Assembly: GCF_006345805.1 (NCBI RefSeq)
Contig: NW_021834439.1
Location: forward strand, 1-48,486
Origin: Octopus sinensis
Taxonomy: Eukaryota
Length of the DNA: 48,486 bases
Direction: 5' to 3'
Part shown: positions 13,567-24,361 of the stretch, in pieces
Position numbering within the stretch: the first letter of the stretch is position 1
How the letters are laid out: every line of letters begins with the position of its first letter
Translations under genes and position numbers: made by a program
The notes under the pieces: generated by a model
The model's database searches: none
Told to the model about the DNA's origin: nothing
What the model saw: only the letters and a program-made list of their open reading frames with translations

Positions 13567-13831
13567 TGCCGTCGCCGGTTCAGTGTTGCTGTGTATGTAC
13601 TTGGTAACAGTCTGCGGTAGTTGGCTAGAATCTGAAGCCAATTGGTGCGAGCTTCCAATGTAGTAAACGCTGTTATTGTACAATGGAATGACAAAGAACG
13701 ATGAGGCAATAACTCTAAAATCCAATACGTACAATGATAGAAACCCGAGAGCGAAGATAAGTCTGTGGAATACAGTGAAGATGTTTCAGTATCGGATGTA
13801 TTGAATAAGCAGTTAGGAATGCGAACAGATT
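13567..13831 (-). CDS. Candidate internal exon of an unidentified gene
   Basis: Non-repetitive island open in two minus-strand frames; donor GGCA|GTGAGG at 13567/13566; possible acceptors at 13831 (ttccag), 13839 or 13714 (ttttag). No recognisable domain. Confidence 0.3.
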
Positions 13832-13899
13832 CTGGAATTCTTTGAGTCGAAATCATTAGTAATAGAAAATAAAACGACGTCAGTAAACATACATGTATA

Positions 13900-14305
13900 C
13901 ATATAGCGTATGTGCGCCCGTGTATAAACATGTACGTATATATGTACACATATATAGATATATGTATATGTGTGTGTGTGTGTGTACGAGTGCGTGTGCG
14001 TGTGTGTGTTTACATACGCGCGCATACACACGCACACACACACACACACACACACGTATGTATAACTGTTACCAGTATTAGTAATACGATGGTACGTTAT
14101 GAACAACAAAAGCTTACAACAGCAAAATGGGGAAAATACGCAAAGGTATATGCGTGTGTGAAAGCGTATGCTTCCGTGTGTGTGTGTGTGTTTGTGTGTG
14201 TGTGCGTGTGTGTGTGTATGTGTGTGTGTGAGTGTGTGTCTGTGAAAGCGTATGCTTCCGTGTGTATATGTGTATGTGTGTGTGTATGTGTGTGTGTGCG
14301 CGCTG
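13900..14305. repeat. (TA)/(TG)/(CA) microsatellite with an internal 24-bp duplicated unique motif
   Basis: tgtgaaagcgtatgcttccgtgtg at 14157-14180 and 14241-14264. Confidence 0.85.
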
Positions 14306-14813
14306 TAGTTGAAAATGTAAAATTAATGGGTAAAACAGATTTTTAGGAATTTATTCCCCACACGTCGTTAATGACCACACTGGTTTTCCATATCCGGTTT
14401 GGTCAACTAGGAGTGAAGAAGGAAGTCAAAACGAGCTGTTCTACAATGTAAATTCGGTGTATACACGTGTGTGTATATGTGTGTGTATGTATGTATGTAT
14501 GGGTGTTTGCTTTTCTTTCGAAGTGTGTCTGGTTGGGGTAGCTGTTTACTTATGATAAAATATTGCATAAAGACGCTAAGACATCAAATTTTAATGAGCA
14601 TAGAATAGCTTAGCATAGAAGAAAGAAAAGCAAGATATTGTCATTTTGATACAAGCCAAGGATAGTTCTGTTCAAGTTGACCTATTATCAGAAGCGTTCC
14701 TGATTTGACCATCCTGTTTTCTTTTCAGGCATCCTGAATTCAGGATCTACTACATTACTTTTGCGTTGCAAAGGATTATTATTATTATTGTTGTTGTTGT
14801 TATTATTATTATT

Positions 14814-15066
14814 GAGTATTTTTATAGCGTGCTTTCACTTCACTACCGAGCGCAGCTCTGTGTGCCTTGGGTATGTGCTGTGGTTTGTTGTGATGCTCTT
14901 ACGGTTACTGTATTGAAAGTGTTTTGCATAGGATGTGTGCAGTGCCCAGTAGTGCAATTTTCTCTACGTTATATATAGTCCTGGTGTTTTTGTTGTGTAT
15001 TTGTCTGAATACTTTTTTATCATACCTAATGCGCCTACTATGATAGGTATTGTTTCTGTTTTTAGC
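14814..15066 (-). mobile_element. 5'-truncated R4/Dong-clade non-LTR retrotransposon 3' end (ORF C-terminus + 3' UTR)
   Basis: Minus translation KTETIPIIVGALGMIKKYSDKY..(frameshift)..YNVEKIALLGTAHILCKTLSIQ* (stop 14905-14907) resembles the VGALG / LGTAHIL C-terminus of RLE-type R4/Dong elements. The 3' end abuts a (TAA/CAA)n tract at 14775-14813. Confidence 0.8.
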
Positions 15067-15214
15067 GGTATTTTGCCTGGCGTTACGTACTGAGTTCAAA
15101 TTCCGCCGAAGTCGACTTTGCCTTTCATCTTTTCGGGGTTGATAAAGTAAGTACCAGTTGCGTACTGGGTCGATCTAAATGACTGCCCCTCCCCAAACTT
15201 TCGGGCCTAATGCC
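15062..15214 (+). mobile_element. SINE family B, 5'-truncated, short tail
   Basis: B box gagttcaaattcc, central gtcgactttgcctttcatc...aagtaccag domain, tail cccctccccaaactttcgggcc. Confidence 0.85.
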
Positions 15215-15230
15215 CGATTATTATTATTAT

Positions 15231-15392
15231 AGCAGAATGAACGAAACGCTTAGCAGTATTTCGCACGTCGCTACGTTCTGAGTTCAAATACTACTAGGTC
15301 GACTTTGCCTTTCATCATTTCGGTGGTCGATAAATTAAGTACCAATCAAGCGCTTGGGTCGATGTAATCGACATATTCCCTCCCACAAAATG
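15231..15392 (+). mobile_element. SINE family B, diverged
   Basis: Same B box and central domain; gggtcgatgtaatcgac hairpin. Confidence 0.8.
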
Positions 15393-15489
15393 TTAGATAC
15401 GTATATGCTGACGGTACATTGAGCCCGGAATCAATCGAACTCTTTACTGAAGAGGCTACGGAAATAGTAGTAGTCATCTAGTATGTATT

Positions 15490-15861
15490 CTTTTCTACGC
15501 TAAGCACAAGGCCAGTCGATTAGATCGAGCCCAGTACGTAACTGGTACTTAATTTATCGATATCGAAAGGATGAAAAGCAAAGTTGTCCTCGGCGGAATT
15601 TGAACTCAGAACGTAGCGGCAGACGAAATACCTATTTCTTTACTGCCCACAAGGGGCTACACGCATAGGGGACAAACAAGGACAGATAAACGGATTATGT
15701 CGATTACATCGACCCCAGTGCGTAACTGGTACTTAATTTATTGACCCCGAAAGGATGAAAGGCAATGTCGACCTCGGTGGAATTTGAACTCAGAACGTAA
15801 CGGCAGACGAAATACGGCTACGCATCTCGCCCGGCGTGCTAAAGTTTCTGCCAGCTCGCCG
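15490..15861 (-). mobile_element. SINE family B head-to-tail dimer
   Basis: Head at 15861, junction 15632/15633; flanking repeat gtcatctagtatgtatt (15473-15489) / gtcttctagtatatatt (15866-15882), 15/17. Confidence 0.9.
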
Positions 15862-16600
15862 TTTTGTCTTCTAGTATATATTAGCGTTATTTCACTCAAC
15901 ACGTTTTATTTTCATCATACAGTCGAAAGAATTCTCTGCATAGGAATATCTCACAGTTCTTTTCTAATATTATCTGTTACTTACCTTATTTATTTGTTTC
16001 TTACTTTAAATATATATATGTGTATATTTTTTCCATTTCTTCTCATAACTCATCTCTTTGCTCTAGAGACCTCATCTTTTCTTGTTATTGTACATGTCCC
16101 ATTTTTTACTGTCGTGTACGTTTATCATATCTGCTCATATAAGCCACAATGGCTAATCTTGCTGACACCGACAAATTGAAGAACAGTATCTGATGGTGTT
16201 GAAATTGCGACGTTATCTTGTCAATAACTGCTGAGGGAATAAGCATGTCCGTCTCTATGGCGTGTGCTTTTCCTGTTCTTTTCTCATTTGTTCCTTTGTC
16301 ACAGCCTGCCACATTCTTATTATATATACACGTGCAAACATACACACACACATACTCTCTCTCTGTCTCTGTCTCTCTGTCTGTCTGTCTCTCTCTGTCT
16401 GTCTGTCTCTCTCTCTTTGTTTCTCTAACACACATATATGCTTATATATGAAGAATGGGAAAGAGAGGACAAAGGGAAAGATAGAGGCACAAAGGGAGAT
16501 ATTTTTTTATGTCTGAAATATATCAATGCCTATCAATGGAGAAATCATTCATGTTTTAACGCGATTATATGATCAGCAAAACGTGCTTCGTTACGTGAAT

Positions 16601-17458
16601 ATTCTTTTTTATTCAAGGTACAAGATCCGAAATTTTGGGGGAGGGGGCCAGTCGATTAGATCGACCCCAGTACGCAACTGGTACTTAATTTATCGATATC
16701 GAAAGGATGAAAGGCAAAGTCGACCTCAGTGATTTCAGAATGTAAAGACAGACGAAATACCAACAAGCATTTCGCCCGAGGTGCTAACGTTTCTTATTTC
16801 TTTATTGCCCACAAGGGGCTAAACATAGAGGAGACAAACAAGTACAGACAAAGGGATTAAGTCGATTGCATCGACTCCAGTGCGTAAACGGTACTTAATT
16901 TATCGACCCCGAAAGGATGAAAGGCAAAGTCGACCTCGGAGGAATTTGAACTCAGAACGTAACGGCAGACGAAATACCGCTGAGCATATCGCCCGGCGTG
17001 CTAACGTTTCTTATTTCTTTATTACCCACAAGGGCCTAAACATAGAGGAGACAAACAAGTACAGACAAAGGGATTAAGTCGATTGCATCGACTCCAGTGC
17101 GTAAACGGTACTTAATTTATCGACCCCGAAAGGATGAAAGGCAAAGTCGACCTCGGAGGAATTTGAACTCAGAACGTAACGGCAGACGAAATACCGCTGA
17201 GCATATCGCCCGGCGTGCTAACGTTTCTTATTTCTTTATTACCCACAAGGGCCTAAACATAGAGGAGACAAACAAGGACAGACAAAGGAATTAAGTCGAT
17301 TGCATCGACTCCAGTGCGTAAACGGTACTTAATTTATCGACCCCGAAAGGATGAAAGGCAAAGTCGACCTCGGCGGAATCTGAACTCAGAATGTAACGGC
17401 AGACGAAATACCGCTAAGCATTTCGCCCGGCGTGCTAACGTTTCTGCCAGCTCACCGC
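16601..17458 (-). mobile_element. SINE family B tandem tetramer (217-bp period)
   Basis: Junctions at 16794/5, 17011/2, 17228/9; exact 15-bp TSD cttcgttacgtgaat at 16586-16600 and 17459-17473. ORFs at 16880/17097/17314 are antisense by-products. Confidence 0.95.
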
Positions 17459-17820
17459 CTTCGTTACGTGAATTTTACAAACGTTCCACCGGTAATCCAC
17501 GCAAAATGTAGAAAGCGCATATTTAAAATAGTTGTCTTAGCAGGAAGATATATAAGCAATTAAAACGAAAAATCGAAATGATACAACAAGTATCACGAAC
17601 AACAACAAAACAGCACCAAATTTGAAGATCACAATGAACATGGCCAATAAACTGTATTTGAATTTTTTAAAGAACTAAGCATAATCTACTCAAAATAGAG
17701 TCTGAGTAATCTTGTTAGTTTCATAATCATATTAATTCTTAATGTTTCATCGTTTCTAGCACTCGAATATCAAATAAAGCGTCTGCATTTCAATAAACCA
17801 TACAAATGTATATGTGTATA

Positions 17821-18504
<684 letters not shown>

Positions 18505-18927
18505 GCTCGCATATATATATATATTTCAGCAACGTATATATATATATTATATATATATATATATATAAATGGTCGCATGGTCCAGCCATCGCCTGCTAAA
18601 ATGGCAACCCGACCAAGCCTGTTCGATAAGTGTGGTTGAACACCAAGCAGATAGAAAAACTAAACCTGTTAAAGGACGAATGAACTCAGTAGAATCAAAG
18701 ACTACCCTACAGTCGAGCATAAGAGGGCCTTAGGTTTTGTATTACACATCTATATTGAAGGAGATTTCGCGTTATTGCGAAGCGGAGGATCTCATCTTTA
18801 CACGTTGCTGAAATACGTAAAGGAAAGACTTAGCTATATTGTGCAAGGACATTGTTTGACACCTTGTATAAGATAATTTGTTAGTGATGGCCATACTTAT
18901 CTATCTCTCTATTTATCTATCTTCTCT

Positions 18928-18929
<2 letters not shown>

Positions 18930-19020
<91 letters not shown>
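18930..19020. repeat. (TA)n microsatellite
   Basis: Direct reading. Confidence 0.95.
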
Positions 19021-19026
<6 letters not shown>

Positions 19027-19738
19027 GTCTTGAATAAGCAAATGCTCATGTTCTCTTTAAAAAAGTGGATAAAAAAATAAATGTTTAGAAAATAATTTTA
19101 ATCCCTTCGTTTTGGTTTGTTAAGTTACTGTTAATTATAAGGAATAATAATCATTAAGATATGTATGAGTGAGAGCGATAATATTGAAATAACTAAATTA
19201 CATCCAAATTCATGAAAAACACACCTTCTCTTAGTTAATTACATATGGTAATTAGATGAAAGCTGATTAAACGTTCTCATCTGGATGGGTTCGAAGACCA
19301 GGTTGCTCGAAATGTCACATCATAACGCTTCTACTTTATTTAGTAACAAAACTAATTTGTTTGATAAGGCAGCATAGCTACATAATCATAATATATTTAG
19401 TGGGTGCTGGTCTGAAAGAAGATTCATTAAATATATTCTAAATAAGGAATATTTCTAAGTATATGGTATCTAAAATCCCTACGCGACAATATTAGCAGTC
19501 AAACTACACCATAAATAGCTAACGGCGGAAGCATTTCAGTGACATATTATATCCTGTAAATGATTGCTATTTGCAATCCAAGGGCAATAGAAACTATCAA
19601 AAATATTAATAAAACGCACAATCATAATCGTTTGGAAATATATAAATGTATTAATATATTAATGTATAAACGCACGTATCTCCATTTGAGGAACTATGTC
19701 TATTCTTGTTAATGAGCAAGCGGTACTATGCGGGTTTT

Positions 19739-20146
19739 AAGGCGAAAAGCTGGCAGAATCGTTAGCACGTCGGACGAAATGCTTAGCGGTATTTCGTCTG
19801 CCGTTACGTTCTGAGTTCAAATTCCGGTGAAGTCAACTTTGCCTTTCGTCCTTTCGGGGTCGATAAATTAAGTACCAGTTACACACTGGAGTCGATATAA
19901 TCGACTTAATCCGTTTGTCTGTCCCCTCTGTGTTTAGCCCCTTGTGGGTAGTAAAGAAATATATATTTCTTCTGCCACTACGTTCTGAGTTCAAATTCCG
20001 CCGATCTCGACTTTGCCTTTCCATCCTTTCGGGGTCGATTAAATAAGTACTAGTTACGCACTGGGGTCGATATAATCGACTTAATCCGTTTGTCTGTCCT
20101 TGTTTGTCCTCTCTATGTTTAGCCCCTTGTGGGTTGTAAAGAAATA
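19739..20146 (+). mobile_element. SINE family B head-to-tail dimer
   Basis: Junction ~19961/19962; TSD ggtactatgcggg at 19722-19734 and 20147-20159. Confidence 0.9.
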
Positions 20147-21056
20147 GGTACTATGCGGGCTTTTCAGCGACTTGTGTATGATCACTCTTGTTGTCGAGTG
20201 ACACTTAAATCACATGTAGATGTAACATGTAGATGTAACTCTGAATCTTAGTAAGCGTTTTCTTTATCTTATAGTGCTGACTTCAGCATGCTGGTAGATG
20301 TAGATTAATGTGTTACCGCGTACAGCTGTTTTTTTCGTAAGATAGGTTTTACGATATTTCAATGCGTGGTGTTAAAATCTACTGTGCTTAACACCAAGAA
20401 GAAAAAAATATTTTGAATGTGAGGGTTGGAATAAAATTAAATCGATATTAATGCATTTGATGTATGGCAGCATCTTATATAAAATTCCAATATCTCATAA
20501 ACTACAAGCCAATAACACAGGAATAAATACTACAGTTGTACAAGTTGAAATTTTTCATGTTCATAAAAATAGAGTTGTATGTTCTGTTAGTGAAACTCCA
20601 AACGTTTCCGAATCATTAAAATTATGATCAAGTGTTCAAAATTAGGTCGAAAAGACTGTAGAATGTTGCATAAAAGGCAACTTGAAATTTAACATTACGT
20701 ATCATGCAACAGTCAATGTTATAGAGGTATGAATTAGAAACTTAAATCTCAAAACCAAAGTCTACGTGAAATTTGTAACCTTGGGTTCAATTTTAAACCA
20801 GCAATTTAGTTAAAATACGCGCACAATCCCCAATGACTCGCTGAGTACATTTTAGTAATTGCAGTATTCCAAAACACAGTATTCCAAAAGGTGGTAGCCA
20901 ATACATTGTTTACAGGCAATAAAATATTGGGATCGAACTTAAATGGGAAAAGAAGGAATGTAATAAATTTAATCTTTCCTAATTTGGAGCAATGAACTTG
21001 TTCTTACCTAAATTATTGTAAAGGTACCTGTCTCTGCGTTAATATTTTAACACTAG

Positions 21057-21178
21057 AAGGCGGCGAGCTGGCAGAATCGTTAGCACGCCGGGAAAAATAC
21101 TTAGTTGCGTTCTGGGGTCGATCTAATCGGCTGCCGCCCTACCCCAATATTTCGGGCCTTATGCCTGGAGTAGAAAAG
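21057..21178 (+). mobile_element. SINE family B with internal deletion of the B box and central domain
   Basis: Head aaggcggcgagctggcag joined at cttag|ttgcg to the short tail; TSD aatattttaacact at 21041-21054 and 21179-21192. Confidence 0.9.
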
Positions 21179-21370
21179 AATATTTTAACACTCGTTATTT
21201 TCTTTTGTGCAGACGGCATTTCCAGCTAATGGAAATCTCTAAACTCTTCTATTTTTCCACCTGAGCCAATGAAAAATATTTGGCATCACAATTATTCACT
21301 CATCGAAACTTCGATAAGTACAGGGCAGTCTATGCTTCATTGATGAAGTGATGATAACACCGAAACATAA

Positions 21371-21682
21371 TTATAAATGTCTCGCGTATTTGCTGAAGTA
21401 ATTAGAATATTCTTTATCTACGTATTGACAGTATGTGTGCTTTTTTTTTCTCACATCATAATTACTTCCAGTTAGATTTCCAATACATACTGTACTAAAC
21501 ATGATATAACTGACATAACTATGTCTCCCATAGTATCCTGATATATACCCCGCAACATTTCGTTGGTGATATGAGTACGATATCGTTAAACATCGAAATA
21601 TTACACCAAATATAACGGAAGCGATTGCTACAGATCCAATTACATTTCGTTTAAACATTGAATATGTATCTATTTTCTTCAA
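21371..21682 (-). CDS. Non-repetitive 103-codon ORF with a hydrophobic segment, unidentified
   Basis: VIGSVAIASVIFGVIFRCLTI is TM-like; starts at TTG; no diagnostic motif. Confidence 0.2.
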   Translation of the reverse strand: MKKIDTYSMFKRNVIGSVAIASVIFGVIFRCLTISYSYHQRNVAGYISGYYGRHSYVSYIMFSTVCIGNLTGSNYDVRKKKHTYCQYVDKEYSNYFSKYARHL

Positions 21683-22519
21683 TATCTTTTGTTACAGACA
21701 GCTGCATATTTTTAGAAGCTGTCGTTTTATATCATTGATCTGTTATATATGTGTATTTTATTTTGTATTTTCTTGTTCCCTGACTTCAAATAAAAGAATT
21801 TATATGGATATATGAGAGCTTAACTAGTCTGCTTACTTATACGTTTACAACACTCTCATATTCTCGGGTTACAACTTTCTGCCATTGCTTAACAACCGTC
21901 AATGACTCCCACCCACGTTCGTTAATTGATGAATGTTCCGTTGTTGTAATTGTTGTTGTCGTCATCGTTTTGGGGCGTTTCACAAAAGTAAAATAATGTC
22001 AATGATGTACGAGCTTTTGTCTTCTCAACTTCCGTAGGTGTCTTTTCTCTGTTCAGATTTCACAACAAATTACCGTCTCTCCTACCTCGTGGCTCAGAAG
22101 TGTGCCATTTTACTCAAAAAGAACATTCATTACAAGCAAGAAGAAAATCTCCATCCTTCTTTCCCGAACGTTGTCCAAGTTGATTGCTACATTAATTTCC
22201 ACTCATTTTATTGATTTAGTTGATTTTTCGACTCACTAATTTATCGATTCCGGTAATTTCAACTATGCCAGAATGCAATAAATTTTGTACATTCCTATAT
22301 GTAGTCTTTTCGTTTCTTACTTGTAATTACTCCCGTGCAGTTGTTCTCTGCCAGCTTAACTGTCCAGAAGGATGATAACAAGTTATAAATTATTGCAACA
22401 AACATTCATAGTATGTCTTGACTAAATGTGCATATTGTATTATGGAACGCAAATCAAACTCGTATGGTTTTTTCCTTTTTACATATAAAGGCGCGCTGAT
22501 CATGACGCTTGGTATAATA

Positions 22520-22679
22520 GGCGCAGGAGTGGCTGTGTGGTACGGAGCTTGCTTACCAGCCACATGGTTCTGGGTTCAGTCCCACTGCGTGGCACCTTGG
22601 ACAAGTGTCTTCTACTATAGGCGCGGGCCAACCGAAGCCTTGTGAGTGGATTTGGTAGACGGAAACTGAAATAAGCCTG

Positions 22680-22724
<45 letters not shown>

Positions 22725-22950
22725 ATAAATATATATGTGTGTGTGTGTTTGTGTGTCTGTGTTTGTCCCCCAAACATTGCTTCACAACTGATGCAAGTGT
22801 GTTTACATGCCCGTAACTTAGCGGTTCGGCAAAAGAGACCAATAGAATAAGTACTAGGCTTACAAAGAATAAGTCCTGGGGTCGATTTTCTCGACTAAAG
22901 GCGGTGCTCCAGCATGGCCGCAGTCAAATGACTGAAACAAGTAAAAAGAG
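22520..22950 (+). mobile_element. SINE family A, full length (reference copy)
   Basis: A box tggctgtgtggta, B box gggttcagtccc, CORE-like gtggcaccttggacaagtgtc, internal (TA)n/(TG)n ~22682-22750, tail gactgaaacaagtaaaaagag. Confidence 0.95.
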
Positions 22951-23611
22951 TATGCTAATTTGGCGCATTTTTTACTCTCTGTTGTTTTTTTTCTTTTTTG
23001 CGTGGTACTCAATTAAGTACCTTTAATTATAGATTCCTGAAACGAATGTAGAATATTAGGAATGATGATTTATATTTTATGTCTTAAAGAAAATCGCCTT
23101 AAGCTTTTCAACCACCGTGTGTTATGCTAACTGGCGACTATTTGAATATGCGCAACTGTTTTAAATTCAAACGACCTGACTTGCTTTAATGAGAATATTT
23201 TAAAGTATTACGTATATATTGCATTATTCAAAACTAGAACTTCCTCAGTAACCTAAGTCATAAACTAAGCTAACAAAAACGAAGAGAAAAAGATGAACGA
23301 AACAAGCCGGATATTGGAATCAAGCTCAAAATTTATTGTAAGTAATTTTAGTTATGATAGGTATGTAAGTTTTCGAATAAGTTGACAACGGTTGTAAAAT
23401 AAATATAAAATAACTCTGGAGATAAGAGGCTTAGTAATTTTATTTACTGAAGACTAGTTATAAATTAAACGTAAATTAGGGCCTCTGTAGGTAGGTATTT
23501 CCGTATTAAACAAGCCACTTCTGAGGAAATACCATACATACCGTGGTGTTTCACAAAGGGAAGAGATTAGGGGTGGATAACGCTTAAACCACCGCCTCTC
23601 GTCTATACGTT

Positions 23612-23805
23612 CTATTTTATTTGTTTTGGTGACTGGACTACATTCTGGGGCAGCGGCTTGAGGTGTTTTAGCTGATGGAATCGGGGTCGGTCTCTTATAC
23701 AGAACCAATAAATGACGGCGGTGTAAGCGAACGAACACCGGTTGTCAAACGATGAGGGGGACAACCACACACGCACGCACATACATGCATTTATACACAC
23801 GTATA
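23612..23805 (-). mobile_element. SINE family A 3' half, head lost at the Penelope insertion
   Basis: accggttgtcaaacgatgagggggacaaccacac matches the family A post-microsatellite segment. Confidence 0.6.
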
Positions 23806-23818
23806 TTTGTTTGTTGTT

Positions 23819-23861
23819 AACACATTTCGGCTGATATACCCTCCAGCCTTCATCAGGTGTC
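23819..23861 (-). ncRNA. Hammerhead ribozyme, probably inactivated copy
   Basis: GACAC CUGAUGA A GGCUG..CAGCC GAAA U GUGUU; lacks the CGU of stem III and cleavage triplet present in the plus copy. Confidence 0.75.
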
Positions 23862-23935
23862 CTGGGGAAATTTCGAACCTGCGTTCTCATTCCTAAGGTA
23901 TTTTCCCAATGTTATTATTATTGTTATTATTCAGG

Positions 23936-24006
23936 TCACTGCCTGGAATCGAACTCGGAATTTTAGAGTTTGTAGTCCACGTTCTTAACCACTACGCCAT
24001 ATGCCC
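23936..24006 (-). other. tRNA-like Pol III internal promoter within the PLE 3' region
   Basis: A box TGGCGTAGTGG (23989-23999) and B box GAGTTCGATTCC (23945-23956) at tRNA spacing; the anticodon arm does not pair, so not a functional tRNA. Confidence 0.8.
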
Positions 24007-24035
24007 GTGAGTACTGATGGTGTGAATTTTAGGGC

Positions 24036-24143
24036 TTACAAATCTAATATTTTCCTATCCTCTCTTAATACCGGTTCCCATATGCTACTTATAGCTGTGC
24101 TAGGTCTGCTTAGGAGGTTATTATGTCCTAGTATATGTGCTGA
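24036..24143 (-). pseudogene. C-terminal fragment of a Penelope GIY-YIG endonuclease
   Basis: SAHILGHNNLLSRPSTAISSIWEPVLREDRKILDL* resembles the E.AxHI...N.LNR.....LS.IW.P.L end of PLE GIY-YIG domains (recognised from memory, not searched). Confidence 0.7.
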
Positions 24144-24164
24144 ATAATAATAATAATAATAATA

Positions 24165-24199
<35 letters not shown>

Positions 24200-24315
24200 G
24201 TAATAATAATAATAATAATATAATAATAATAATTATCATTATTGTTATAATTGTAATTATAATAACAGTGGAAAAATTCCTTAGGAATGAAAACGCAGGT
24301 TCGAAATTTCCCCAG

Positions 24316-24361
24316 GACACCTGATGAAGGCTGGAGAGTATATCAGCCGAAACGTTGTGTT
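24316..24361 (+). ncRNA. Minimal type I hammerhead ribozyme (intact core, dimer-dependent)
   Basis: Stem I GACAC(24316-20)/GUGUU(24357-61); CUGAUGA 24321-27 plus extra A; stem II GGCUG/CAGCC; GAAA 24349-52; loopless palindromic stem III AACGUU; predicted cut after GUU (24356/24357). Confidence 0.8.

Noticed and set aside
16880-17511. Three repeated 65 aa ORFs resembling a tandem gene family or CRISPR-like array
   Set aside because: Antisense translations of SINE B units; there are no unique spacers.
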